A stretch of DNA of 63,835 nucleotides, the filler included, from Basidiobolus meristosporus CBS 931.73 (taxonomy: Eukaryota; Fungi; Basidiobolomycota): assembly GCA_002104905.1 (NCBI GenBank). It is 4 parts of 4 records of this genome, joined end to end, with 100 filler letters (N's around TTAATTAATTAA, not from the genome) between each part and the next. Parts side by side here need not be neighbours in the genome. Positions count along the whole stretch, not along the records: positions 1 to 26,993 come from MCFE01000909.1; 3 more parts are not named here. One strand, written 5' to 3'. The notes under the pieces are model-generated. The model did not search any database and was not told where the DNA came from. It was given only the letters and a program-made list of their open reading frames with translations. Of this stretch, positions 13,401-25,827 are shown in pieces. A program made the translations under genes and the position numbers. The number at the start of each line of letters is the position of its first letter. The stretch's first letter is position 1.

Positions 13401-15381
13401 AAGGCTGATGGTACAATTGAAAGATACAAAGCAAGACTTGTAGCCAAAGAATACTCACAAACAAAAGGACTTGACTATACTGAGACCTTTGCACTGGTAG
13501 CCAAGTTCAATTCCATCAGATTAAAATTGGCTATTGCTGCCAAATATAAGTTTTTTATTCATTAAATGGATGTAAAAACTGCATTTTTGAATGGAGAGCT
13601 TGATCAGGACATGTATATGGACCAGCCTGATGGGTTTGCTGACCAAGATAAGCCCCATTTGGTCTGCAAGCTCTAAAAGTCACTATATGGTCTCAAACAA
13701 TCACCAAGAGCTTGGAATTGCAAGATAGATTCTTATTTGGAATCTCTGAGTTTTAAAAGGAGTAATGCTGACTATAGTATATACTATAAGCCAGATAGAG
13801 CAAATCCAGTTCTATTAGCTCTATATGTGGATAATCTTATTATAGCCACCAATAACCTAGAAACATTGGAAGAGACTAAATCCAGCCTATCTAAGGAGTT
13901 CAAGATGTCCAATTTAGGAGAACTTAGTTACTAATTAGGGATTAAGTTCTCCAAAGACAGAAGTACCCAGACTATTACCCTAAGCCAGTCCAAGTACATT
14001 CAAGATATACTAAAGAAGTACCAAATGGAAGACTGTAAACCGGCAGCTACCCCAATGGAGACAAACCTTAACTTGGTCAAAGCTCAACCAAATCAAGGGA
14101 GCTTGGTGCCATCTGAAAGCCCTGACTTTCCTTATCAATCTATGGTTGGCAGTCTGATGTATATCATGCTTGGAACATGTCCAGATATCTCATATTCAGT
14201 GGGAGACTCTGATGCTGATTGGGGACAAAATTTAAAAGACAGAAGATCCACCACAGGATATACCTTTCTTTACTGTAAAGGAGCAATTTCATGAAATTCA
14301 AGAAAGCAACCAACTGTAGCACTTTCCACCACAGAGGCAGAGTATATGACAGCCTGTGAAGTTACAAAAGTAGTAATGTGGTTAAGAAAACTTCTTAGAG
14401 ATTTAGGCATATGTCAAAGAACACCTATTACTTTATTTCAAGATAATCAAGGATGTATACAATTAGGTAGAAATCCAACTTTTCATGCTAGAGCCAAGCA
14501 CATAGATATTAGACATCATTTCATATGTGAAGCTATAGAGAATAACTTAGTTAGCTTAGTCTACTGTCCTTTAAATGAAATGATTGCAGACAAATTCACT
14601 AAACCATTAGCTAGAGACAAGTTTGAATATCATAGGTCAAAATTAGGACTGGTCAGTATGAACATTTAGCTGAGTGGGAGTGTTGTAAAATTTGTATTTC
14701 CACCTAAATGCTCACCTAACTTAGTCACTTAGATCATTACCTTACAATCCTAGGGAATACTGACCAAATTCCTTGTCAGGATTTACTTGGAATATTTTCA
14801 CCAAAATACCAGGTACCCAGAACATGAAAATTCTCAAAGTTGTCCAAACAGCCCCAAACTTTGCACGCATGTTCTTGTAACCTTTCTTAACCTATTCTTT
14901 GTTGTAAGAGTCTTGGAGATATTGGAAGTGATTGGGAGAACAAGTAGATTATGTGGTTTTCACTTAATGATTTACTGAATGTAAGAGTAGTATTTATACC
15001 TTTACCTGGTATTGGCATTACAAACACATAGAATAGGTTCAAAAAGATCCCAAGAGCATTTGTGCAAAGTTTGGGGCTGTTTGGACAACTTTGAGAATTT
15101 TCATGTTCTGGGTACCTGGTATTTTGATGAAAATATTCTAAGTAAATCCCAACAAGGAATTTGGTCAGTATTCTCTAGGATTTGAGGGTAATGATCTAAG
15201 TGACTAAGTCAGGTGAATATTTAGGTGGAATTACAAATTTTTACAACATTCTACATGTTTGTTATGCCAGGACCAGGTAAAAGTATAAATACTACTTTTA
15301 CATTCAATAAATCATTAAGTGAAAACCACATAATCTACTTGTTTTCCAATCACTTCCAATATCTCCAAGACTCTTACAACA
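10485..15381 (+). mobile_element. Near full-length defective Copia element with an interrupted 3' LTR
   Basis: 5' LTR 10485-10833, PBS GGTTATGAGCCC 10834-10845, gag (10706-11698 ORF), then PR, IN, RT and RNase H fragments. 3' LTR is split into 14681-14899 and 15249-15381. Many stops; a short RT-RNase H deletion near 14204 has GTGGGA microhomology. Confidence 0.95.
14900..15248 (-). repeat. Solo Copia LTR inserted inverted into the 3' LTR of a same-family element
   Basis: TGTTG...CAACA termini with reverse-complement LTR sequence. Flanks TTCTT/TTCTA form a near-perfect 5-bp TSD, and the host LTR reads continuously once the insert is removed. Confidence 0.9.
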
Positions 15382-15625
15382 TTACAAACATGTAGAATTG
15401 GTCTAGGAAGATTCAAAGAGCATGTGTGCAAAGTTTGGGGCTGTTTGGACAACTTTGAGAATTTTCATGTTCTGGGTACCTTCCTAAACTTATTCCACAT
15501 GTTTTTATGCCAAGACCATGTAAAAGTATAAATACTACCTTAACATTCAATAAATCATTAAGTGAATATCACATAATATACTTGTCCTCCAAATCACTTC
15601 CAATATCTCCAAGACTTGTACAACA
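15382..15625. repeat. Two further Copia LTR fragments (one minus, one plus)
   Basis: About 15382-15480 matches the LTR reverse complement; 15481-15625 matches the LTR 3' half, ending TACAACA. Confidence 0.8.
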
Positions 15626-16310
15626 GGATCTCCTGGCATTTAATACTGGAATGATCACTTCTAAGTGGATAATGAGTGGCTAGATATTATTGCAATATTA
15701 GGGTGTGGAAAGGTGTGGCCAAATAGAACTATTTCAGCCATCTATGATGCACAAATAATAAGCATAGGCCATCCTATAGTAGTACAGGCATCATTGTGAG
15801 AATGTTAGGGGATAGTTGACATCCCACTACAACCCTATGATGCCAGTTATCATACAGGTCTTTCCTCAATTCTTTGCAACACATCTCTAACTTTAGTTTT
15901 ACAAGCTTCAGGGAGAAATATTGATTTGTGCTTAGACTGTATAGTCTGAAATTGGTACAGATGGGAGCTTGGAAGGGGTTTAGTCAATATAGTATACTAA
16001 GTATAGTGTCAAGAGAGTAGTGCAACAGTAGGGCATTAGTGCGAAGCAAAAGTAGGTTCACCTTGAAATTTCCATTAGCTAAGAGCAAGGCATATTGACA
16101 CAAGAAAACAACAAGTAGCACCATAGGATGGGCGACAGGAATCCTTTAATGATATCAGCAGAATTTGATTGCGTGGCATACGGATCCCAAACTGTTTGAG
16201 TTTGGTTGGGATTCTTTTAATCGCTTGCCTCATTTTGCTGTAGTGCCGCTTCAGAACAGTTAGATTTTATTTTCCGGAGTTTCGGAAGACCACGCTTCAT
16301 CACCATGGTG

Positions 16311-16318
16311 TATAAATA
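16311..16318 (+). promoter_or_regulatory. Candidate TATA box of the PLA2-like gene
   Basis: TATAAATA about 45 nt upstream of the ATG at 16363. Confidence 0.5.
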
Positions 16319-16362
16319 ACCAGCAGTCAGGATAGTTCCTAGTGGAGAATTGCTCGCTAACC

Positions 16363-16830
16363 ATGCTCCTCCGTACTATAGCACTGATGCTGGTCATAGG
16401 CTCTGGATCATGTGAGCCCCACCTCGGGATGCGTTACGATGCCACTCCTCCGCCCAGCTGTGTGGACGACAAGCTGGGCAACCACACGGTAAGCGAACAC
16501 AATGCCTGCGACTCCATAGTCAAGACATACCCAATGTATGAGCCGTGTTGTGTGAAGCATCGCGAATGCTACAGCAAGTGCGGACCGACAGAAACAAAAG
16601 AAGGCTGTGACAATGAGTTTCGATTCTGCCTGCAGCAGACTTGTGGGGCTGGAAAGCGAAAGTTCGTTCGTAGCAGGTGCAACACTGGCTGGTCTTGGTT
16701 CGGGCCCGGGATGAACAGCCACAGAGTGGCGGAGTCTTCTGATTTCAGTTGTAAAGAATACGCAGCCAAACAGGCGCAATCTTGCCATGACAGTGATCCC
16801 GCCGAGCCCTCCCCGATCTCGGAAGAATGA
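16363..16830 (+). CDS. Secreted cysteine-rich phospholipase A2-like protein (group XII-like fold), probably catalytically impaired; 155 aa, intronless
   Basis: Signal-peptide-like N-terminus MLLRTIALMLVIGSGSC. CCVKHRECYSKCG...KEGCDNEFRFCLQQTC matches the sPLA2 pattern CCxxHDxCYxxC...CDxxFxxCL. ATG at 16363 is preferred over the GTG used in the ORF track. Confidence 0.75.
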   Translation: MLLRTIALMLVIGSGSCEPHLGMRYDATPPPSCVDDKLGNHTVSEHNACDSIVKTYPMYEPCCVKHRECYSKCGPTETKEGCDNEFRFCLQQTCGAGKRKFVRSRCNTGWSWFGPGMNSHRVAESSDFSCKEYAAKQAQSCHDSDPAEPSPISEE

Positions 16831-17275
16831 TTTTGCGTCGAGTGATTAATCTACTCAGTGATTGATCTATTTAATGGAGCCAAGTGATTAATCTATTTAA
16901 TGGAGTGGCTGCAGAGTCATGAGCAGCAAGAAATTAATATGAACCCCAATAAAACCTTGCATCGAACCTTGCATCGTCCACTTCGCCATCTCCACACTGC
17001 CTGAATTGAGGAATGAATTTGGAACATCACGCTCTTTGGCCACTGATATGGCGATCTCGGCTCGATACGGTAGTGCAATTTAGCCATCTTTACCCATGGG
17101 AGAGGTGGTACATTGAGGTGGATGGAAATTTCGATTTATTTACAGGTGGAGAATGACTGAACCATCTCCAAATCAAAAATTTTACAGCTTAAGATTACTT
17201 GGTGACTCTGCCAAATAACTACTTGGTGACTATGCCAGATAGGAGAACGAAAGAGGAATGGGTTTGGGCTGCACC

Positions 17276-18312
17276 TCAGCGGATAAGGCAGGTGCGGTAT
17301 GTGTCGATGGTGATTTCCTTGTAGGAGGGTAGTTTCGGAGCGACGCTTTCCTCTACTGGTGTGTAGACGGGCAAACTCTCATCCTCCTGTCGTTTATGAG
17401 TGATCTCAATATTGAACGTGATGTAGCCACACTCGATCTTCCCATTGATGTCAAATCCCACCAATACGATGACTTCATGACTGGTCTGAATATACTTGGT
17501 TGAGCATCCTGGCTGAAAAATGTCATTTTTGGGCAATCGGACATTGAACAGGAATTCGCTACAGCTAACTGCTTGGTTGCTAATCTCGCGCCACTGCTGA
17601 GTTTTCTTCGAGTTTTCTTCTCCCAAGCTGACGTTTTGAACCAATCTGAATGCCACCCGGCGGACTTTCACCTTTTCCTTCAGAGGAAGAACCTTGACAT
17701 GTAATGGTACGACTTCCCCTAGGGTGTAGTTCCTCTTGGGCGCTTGGATACTAACGCTGGCCGCGGACTTGTACACCTGAGTAATGTGAAGCGACTCATC
17801 ATGGATGTCTGCACCCACTGAACGAAGGAATCTTTTGACGAGTACGGGCTTTTGGATACGGATATCGCAAAGAATATGAGGCCGCTCGATAGTGGCTTTG
17901 AGGCGGTAGGTTATTTGACCAAATTGAGTCACTACAGTCTCAGGAAGATGGCCTGGGAATCGGTATTCGAATTCAAAGGCATTTTTCCCAACGGCAAGAG
18001 AGTAAGTCGAGTTTGGCTCGATAAGCGTCAACGTGTCGTCCAGTATTATTTTGTTGGTGCCGTCAGAGTGACCTTTAGAGAAATTCGAGTTAGTCGATGT
18101 AAGGGACGGATCCTCGTTGTGTCGTGCATACCTGACTCCCGTATAATCTGAGCTCTTCCTTCAAGTCTCAATTGGATGGATTTGATCTTGGTCACCTTTT
18201 TCACATCCAAAATTAGTGCGCCTCGGAAGGCAACGCCAGCAGCCTCAGAGGGACTCCCATGCAGTATGATTGCAGGCTTCTCCAGGAGAATCTCACAACA
18301 CGAAGATTTCAT
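17276..18312 (-). CDS. Alpha-arrestin (ART-family ubiquitin-ligase adaptor); 2 exons (18312-18132, 18072-17276), 325 aa
   Basis: Arrestin-N motifs (RGALILDVKKVTKIKSIQLRLEG; FEFEYRFPGHLPETV; ITYRLKATIER) and C-terminal PY-type motifs LPVY and LPSY. A 59-nt GTATGC...CTAAC...AG intron joins the two ORFs in frame. Confidence 0.88.
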
Positions 18313-19388
18313 GATAGTTGTCGCGGACAGTTATGATTAATGAACAGAAACCGTCTCGCAGATACTTGGGCTATATATACGGCGGCTGGTCAAGGACTGA
18401 ACGACTCGGTTAAATGCATTCCACCATTTAAAGGAATCCCATATTCATGAAGATCCACCTCCCCTAGACTGCTTCGCAGACAGCAGATGCCAATCATCTG
18501 AGACTATTGAATGCCGAATATAGGGCTTGTATTAGGTTATTGGCAACAAGCCAAGGTGGGATCGGTTTAAATGATTACCAGATAAACTTTTGGCCAGAAT
18601 AGTCCAGATGTTGGGCATATTTGGGCTGCATGTGATGAGTGATATCATGTGTATTCTTAGATAAGCTTGATGACATTTTGGCATCTGCCACTGCTGGCAT
18701 CGCTTTTCAATACTGACAAACAGCTTCACCATTGGACGCTGCGAAAAGTGGGTATTACTTATTGCCGTTCTACAGAGCACCCTGATCAACCGCTCCCACG
18801 CTTTGAATCCTCTGTTGCTTATGATGGATAGCAACGACCATATGTCAGATGAAGTCCCAAAGTGACATACCCGCCATTGTCACCGTGAAGGAGTTGAGTG
18901 GGTTCCCGTTAACCTTAAGCAGCGGAGATTGACCACTTCAAATGGCAGTAGTCCATAGTAAGCCAGCCGTTTTAGATAAACTCTTGCCTTAAGAGCTGGG
19001 CAGCGTGTAACGGGAAGCGGTAGTTTGTTGGCTGCTTTTGGCCCACTGGATTCTTCATTTGGCAGGTCGGATTGGAAATGGCCTGTTTCACACCATTTCT
19101 ATTTTCTGTTACAGCATCGACCGATTCTAGACGAAGGATAACATGAATGTTCCTTACTAATCATTGGAGTCCGCACGTTTGTGTAAGCTTGAATTTCAGT
19201 TTGCTAGCTCTGGAGAATCACTCACAAATTGAATCTTGATCTCCAAGACGAATCAGTAGATTCGATTTTTGGACCTTAGATCTGTTGCCGCAGTAAGGTG
19301 CCAAATTCAACATACCTGCTGTATGTTCTGTGAGGGATTGCTTACCTGTGTATAGCATATGATCTGTAAAACTTAGATTCCATGTACA

Positions 19389-21654
19389 ATGTCTGACTTC
19401 AACAAATTCAAGCTTCCAAGTAAAAGCACCCAAAAGCCACAACCGAGACGTAAGACTCCATTGAGATCTGGGTTTGAACATCAGGAAGAGGAAAGCCCAA
19501 CCCGGCCCCGATTTCTTTCCAAATTTAATGTATCCTCGTCCATTTTTGATAGTATAGGTATTTTACGATTCAGAGCGCGTTCGAAATGCTTTGTAGCAGC
19601 TCACTAGATAAACCATGCAATTTAATATTTTAGACAAGTTTAATTCGGAAACAAACGTAGAGAAAAGTGGGATAATTGAAGAGGACAACCTTACCGGATC
19701 GCAAGCCCCAATCTCATCTCCTTCCAGAAATGCTGTCAGTTTCGCTGCATTTGTTCGTAGAGATCCGCTTCAGATCCAGCCTTCTACTGTGAAATGCGCT
19801 AGCGATGAGGGTGCTTCTAAGGAGGAAAATGGCACGCACATTGATAAACATTTATCCAGAAAGCAAATGTTGGAAGGTGCCCAATAATCACTTTATTTCA
19901 CGATGATTAAGCCTGCTTATGTCTTTTGGAATATGGTAGAATTGAACCCGACCAGCCTTGTCGACATAGCTGTTAATACTGTTAGCCCAGACAAACACAA
20001 GAAACCAGCTTGGCGAGGTATTTGTTACTGGCACGACACTTCATCCCATAGATAAGAAATGAACCTCATGCCCCCGCAGATAATGCTTTCTCTGGATCCT
20101 ATACACCACCTAATCGATATATCTTCGGGAGTCCAAAGAACGATAGACTCCCAGAGAATTGGCTAAGTCTCTCGGATGGTACATTTTTTACCCGCCTATA
20201 CACACTAGCAGAACGCTAACAATGCAAATTTATTGGTCAGACCCATCGGTGTACCCTTTTTTGACCAAGAGAGACTCATTTGGCAGGAAAGCAGGTACAA
20301 GTGACCCAACACACATGTCGGATTGCCATGTCAGTCCGGCTTCAAAATATCGATTTAATATCAAGCAAATCATCGAGAACGAATCCTCTCGGGGGCTCAA
20401 GGTATCTAAGTGGTATTATGGTTAAACTGCATGCTTTCGTTGAATGACTTTGGAAATGCCCTGCGTAAACTATTAGGAGGAGATCGAAGATTTCGTTGAT
20501 AACTCGCAGGTACGTTTGAATTCCTATTAATAGATATAGCAACGCATCTCTATATTTGCTCATTGTTTTACGGAACCTCGCTCTGACTAATGCCTCTCAG
20601 TTAAGTAATTGGGGAGAGGGATGTCCAGCTACCGAGGTTCATATGTCAACTGATCCTTCCGATAATGTATGTTGCCCTTCATTTCAGCCCTTTATCAGCA
20701 CCCCGAATCTGACGCGGGCTCGATTCTTTAGCTTGACCAAGATTGCTCAGCTTCTTCCTATTTGTCTGATGTCGAAGCTCCCCAATCCCCGGTCCATCCC
20801 GGGACATCAGCACAAACCCCGGGAGGTGGGTCGGCTTGTACTACTAACGTTTGTACAACTGAATCCCATCCCATTAGTGGAAATATCTCCATAATGGAAT
20901 TGGCACAAAACCCCAATTTCCTGAGCCATACGCGTAACTCCCATGATATGCCACTAGTAAGTCCGATGCAATGGCTTAATGGAGTGAAGATCCCAACCGC
21001 GTTGACGACCAGCACCAACGATCACCAGAGGAAGCGCAAGTACATGATGAGGTAAGGTGAGTTTCGTGTACAGTCAAATCCCTGACTCGTGTTTACAATC
21101 TTGCCTGGCTAGGGGCGGATATGAGGAGCGACTTGTGAACCTCTTGATCCGAGAAAAATCCGACCACGCAATATGGGCACACGGCCTACGACGTGAAGGT
21201 ATGGCATGGCTTGATGAAATCATCGCTAGATTCTCACGTCTTGATTATAGATAACCACACAGCCACCGAACGCAATCCGTCACTTTATGTAGAAGTGTAC
21301 CATGTGAAGGAAACCTATGGATCCATTATCTGTCGCTGTAGACTGCTTCCTTTGGATGCCATTAACGAGAAAGCCACGCACATTGATTTGCCCCCATTGG
21401 AGGATGAGTTTATTGATATACTGCTTTGTATGGAGCTTGATCCCAGTCACAGCACCCTCGCTTCTCGTCACTCGACACAGCCAGATCACGCAATTCATGT
21501 GGGAGATCTGCTGAAGATATACAAGCCTTATCAGGAGTTTACGTTCGGTTCATCAAGTATACTGGACGACTGGGAAATCCCTCGAAATGGGCTGATCGTT
21601 ACTCGATTCGTGGTTCGCAGCTCCGATGTTTCGGATAGAGATAAACCCATTTGA
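19389..21654 (+). CDS. Multi-exon (~9 exons) protein with a SPIDR/DUF4502-like motif and a possible C-terminal OB-like domain
   Basis: GT-AG introns can be threaded in frame (e.g. exon 1 19389-19557, exon 2 19634-19876, last exon 21251-21654). A Ser/Pro-rich N-terminus precedes KRKRKYMMRGGYEERLVNLLIREKSDHAIWAH and LYVEVYHVKETYGSIICRC, resembling from memory the GGLAERL..L..RE.S...W.H segment of SPIDR. Confidence 0.6.
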
Positions 21655-23035
21655 AGTCAGTTGAAAGTTAGAACGTTGTACTTATCAAGCAACCTCGTGT
21701 GACTTATCCGCGAGTTGTCAAGAATAGCAGTGTAGTGTACGAGATTTGTCTATGGGTGGATGCAGCCGGTGATAGGCCAAACCAAAAATGTCAACTTTAA
21801 TCTTAATACTCTAGATATCGGTGCGTGCAAATCCTGAACCACCCTGGCAAACCTCGTGTTTTGTTTGCATCCTTGCTGATCTCGAGGCTCACATCGCTGC
21901 TGTTGATAGGGAGTATGAAAAGGGTTAGAAAACTAGTATTACAAACCATTACTTTAGGCTTTGTTACGAGAATTCACCAATACGTGAATGGGGACAAATA
22001 AACCTCAACAAAACATGCTATCTGTTGTCTGACATTTCGTTGCTGCTGTAAACCATTTCATCACACCAAGTTGTTTTTATACTTGATCCCACATACGGCC
22101 AACTTGAAGATCTCCGCCTTTTCAATACCACACATTCTGAGTCAATATTTAGTATGTGGGTAGCAATGCTCATCACAAGAGTGCATTATGAAGTTACATA
22201 GCATTATTAATCCTAGAAATGTGTTGTAGAATTGCACTTCATCACATACTTACTCATCCCATCCTTTCCTTATTGGAATAACACCTACCTTGTCACATAC
22301 TTGCTCATCTTTATTTGAGTGGTTGACCTAGAAATTAGCTCTTTGAATTCATATTATGTGAGAATAACTTGGAGCAGTAAGAGGGATGAGAAAAGGTAGG
22401 GACAATAGCAAAGAAGAATAAAATCCAGGGTTGAAATATACAATAGTCATTTCCAAGGTTAAGCAATCTACCAACAATCCAATGAATGAAAATGAGGATA
22501 AAAATAAACAAATGAATTTAGCAGAAAACATGCACAAGTAGTTGGTTACAAGCCGAAACGAATAAAATGACTAAGGGGGAGCCTAAATGCATCAATTGCA
22601 TAGATAGATCCATAGACGATGTGCTAATATCCACCAGCAATGAGAAGCATAGATTGAGAACCCTTCGCCAATTTCCACGTTTGTTGGAGTTCATTTGTCT
22701 TACCTTCGTGGGACATCTCGGGGACGCAAGTTATATTTAGAAAACCGGACCCAATGCAAATCCTTTTCAATATTGGCAGTTACATCAACAAACCTGAATT
22801 GCCACCTGAGTTGCCACCTCTCTTAATCTAGATTAAGTTGGTTGATTTGACCTAAACCAATTGGAAATGGGCAGCATGACAGTACAACGCCAACTTCATC
22901 AGCTTCACATGCGGTATTCCAAGTCAAAAAAATTTTCCTACCCATTGGCCTCCGTTCCTACTAATTGCTATAAGCCATCGTATTTTGGACAGCGCCCTTT
23001 GTCCAATTTCCTCGTATTTTGCTTTCGTTTGTAAG

Positions 23036-24612
23036 ATGTTTGAGAGGTTTCGGTTTGGAAAACAGTCCGGTTACGTATCAGAGGAGGCGTTAAACAATCT
23101 CCGCTTCTACAAATATGCTGCGGAAGACAAGTCCTACATCAGCCATTACATTCTTCGCCACTACTGGAATTATGTGGTCGAGTTGTTTCCACTATGGATG
23201 GCGTCAGTATTGTGCTTCCCTCACCGAAACCCGTCAAGCCTTTTCTAATCCTCGCTCACTTTAGGCCAAATTTGATAACTTTGTGCGGGCTAGGCTTTGT
23301 CGTCATTAATTTCATATGTGTTCTAATCTACACACCCGACCTCGAGACACCCGCCCCTTCTTGGGTCTACTTCAGGTAGAGTTAGACTCCAAACATTATG
23401 AACGCTCCTCATTCTAAGTGTATATCTTAGTTTTGCCTTGGGGATCTGGCTTTATTCAACCTTTGACAATGTCGATGGTAAACAGGCTCGTCGAACTGGC
23501 ACCTCTTCTCCTCTTGGCGAACTCTTTGACCATGGCTGCGACGCGCTCAACTGTTCTATTGGTGGGATAGTCCAAGCAGCCGGATTAGGACTAGGGTTCA
23601 GTTGGTACACCGTTCTGATCACCGCTATGAGTATGTATTGGGTTTTCCTCTCTCACTGGGTCTTTGCAAGTAACACTTCAACGTCGACAACTATAGCCAC
23701 CATTCCTTTCTATCTATCCACTTGGGAGGAATATCATACCGGAGTTTTGTACCTCGGCGTCGTTAACGGACCTACCGAGGGTCTCATAATATCTTGTCTT
23801 ACAATGATCCTAACCGGAATCTACGGTACAAACTGTATTTGGTCCTTAGAATAAGCATTCTTGGGTCTAACGCTTATATTAGGCCCCCAAATGTGGAGAA
23901 CTTCTATTCATGATATCTTGGGTAACTCCACACCTGGGTTCATTCCGGAGAGCGCCATTCTTCTTGATGCGGTCTTTGTCGTTATGTACGCCTTGTTGTT
24001 TGTAGCTGTTGCCCCAGCAAGGTAGGTCACCCCCAGACGCCTACTGATGATTTGGTGATTTACACTTCATATACATAGTTTCATCGCTGTTTACAAGACA
24101 TGCCAGAGCAAATACCAGGACTACACCACCGCCTTAACTCAACTGCTCCCCATGACAGTGTACCTGGCCAGCACCTATTTGTGGCTTGCGTCGCCTTACT
24201 CGTATATACTGGAGAACCACTTGATCCTTTTCATTCTGACCATAGGAATCGTGTTCGGACGTATGGCCACCAAGATCATCCTGTCCCACGTTACTAAGAG
24301 CAGATTTCCTATGTACACAGTATTAATGCTGCCGATCGTAGTTGGCGCACTGCTGACCAATATACCTTATGTCCTTGGAATGTAAGTTTACTTTGGACGC
24401 TTGTTGCACCTTGTGCATCTTACTCAACTGTTCTCGTGAACGATAGGCAACCACTCCTTGGCCCAGTCACCGAGCTGTGGTATCTGATCCTGTTCTTCAT
24501 CTTCTCCGCTGCTGCCTACACCAACTGGGCTCTGTTAGTGATCGACAGCTTCTGCACACATCTTGGAATCAGTTGTCTAACGATCACCAGCAGACCCTAC
24601 AACAGACTGTGA
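23036..24612 (+). CDS. EPT1: Choline/ethanolamine phosphotransferase (CDP-alcohol phosphatidyltransferase, EPT1/CPT1 family), multi-exon
   Basis: N-terminal YKYAAEDKSYISHYILRHYW...LWMAPNLITL; catalytic motif DGKQARRTGTSSPLGELFDHGCD; multiple hydrophobic segments; ends ...LGISCLTITSRPYNRL*. EPT1 and CPT1 cannot be separated from sequence alone. Confidence 0.92.
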
Positions 24613-24970
24613 AAATAGAAAAGCGATTACATCTGTTGCGCCCACAGACGGATGTTGTACCAACAATATTTATTTTGTCACTAACCCAGCCCAGTCTACT
24701 AATATGATCGTCATTGCCCATGTTAATCTCGTCAAGTCAATAAAGTCCATTTCCATGTCCGAATGCAATCAACTGAACCACTGGCTATCGCCGAGGATCC
24801 CTGGATTCGGCTTTTTTTTAGCCAAATTTTTTTTGGCATTTTTTTTTCTTTTTGACTGGGTAAACGAGGCGGATTCGGGGTGGTGGTGAATGAATAGACA
24901 CCAAGCGTGGACATCCCAAAATACTTCGGTGGAAATAGTTCGTTCGTACTCTCGTTAATAATAATACGCC

Positions 24971-25552
24971 ATGACAAATCCTCTGGAGCAATTGGCCAAC
25001 ACAAACACCTGCGGTTCCCTCATTTTCTGCAAGGAATGCGGAAACCTTCTGGACATGTTGGGTGACAACGACATCATTGTATGCGGCATGTGTGGACTCA
25101 CCCAGAAGACTGACGGTGGGACTTGACCTTCCTTAACCATTGCTAGAAGTCTGGTTTCTGACGTAGTGTTTTTGCTTAGCTTTCGGCGACTTTGAGGTGA
25201 TCACACGTAGTAGTGAGCACGCTTTCCCTTCAGCCCTGAAAAACAAGCGCTCTCTGGTTCAGCAGCAACCCAAGAAGCGTGAAGCCGCAGCCACGGTACT
25301 TTCCCCCTGCTAACACGAAAAATGCCCACCAGCAACTAACCCTCCGCTCCAACAACAGATCAAAGAGAAATGTCCCAAGTGTGGTGCGCCCGAAATGTCC
25401 TTCCATACCATGCAGCTTCGTTCGGCTGATGAAGGACAGACCGTTTTCTACAACTGTACGAAATGCGGGTATGTAGCCAATAGTGCCTCCTCATGTTCAG
25501 TGGTTTCTGACGCTTTCTTTCCTCTAGTTACAAATACTCCATCAACAGTTAA
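24971..25552 (+). CDS. RPA12: RNA polymerase I subunit A12.2; 4 exons
   Basis: N-terminal Zn ribbon FCKECGNLL...CGMC and C-terminal TFIIS-like ribbon [40 protein letters not shown], including RSADEG. Confidence 0.93.
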
Positions 25553-25827
25553 TTCTCTGGGCGTCCGATGGTTTTCCTACTTTATTTCTCGGGTGTTGCG
25601 GGATCACTGGTTCCGTTAGACGATTTCATTTGATTGCAATGTATAGACAACGAAAAGTATTCTGAATAAATCTTGCCGACATACTTCCTCTCTACAAATG
25701 AGTCGATGGTGTATTTATTCAATTCTAATTGGAAGTAATATAATGTACGTCATTACAGTTACAGTAAACGGGGCTTTGATGGGCGGTGGTCAATGAGGTT
25801 TATGGGTGGTTCGTCAAGAGGAGAAGA

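Noticed and set aside
16838-16980. Short direct repeats downstream of the PLA2-like gene (AGTGATTAATCTA..., AACCTTGCATCG x2)
   Set aside because: Two or three short copies, consistent with ordinary slippage in a 3' UTR or intergenic region.
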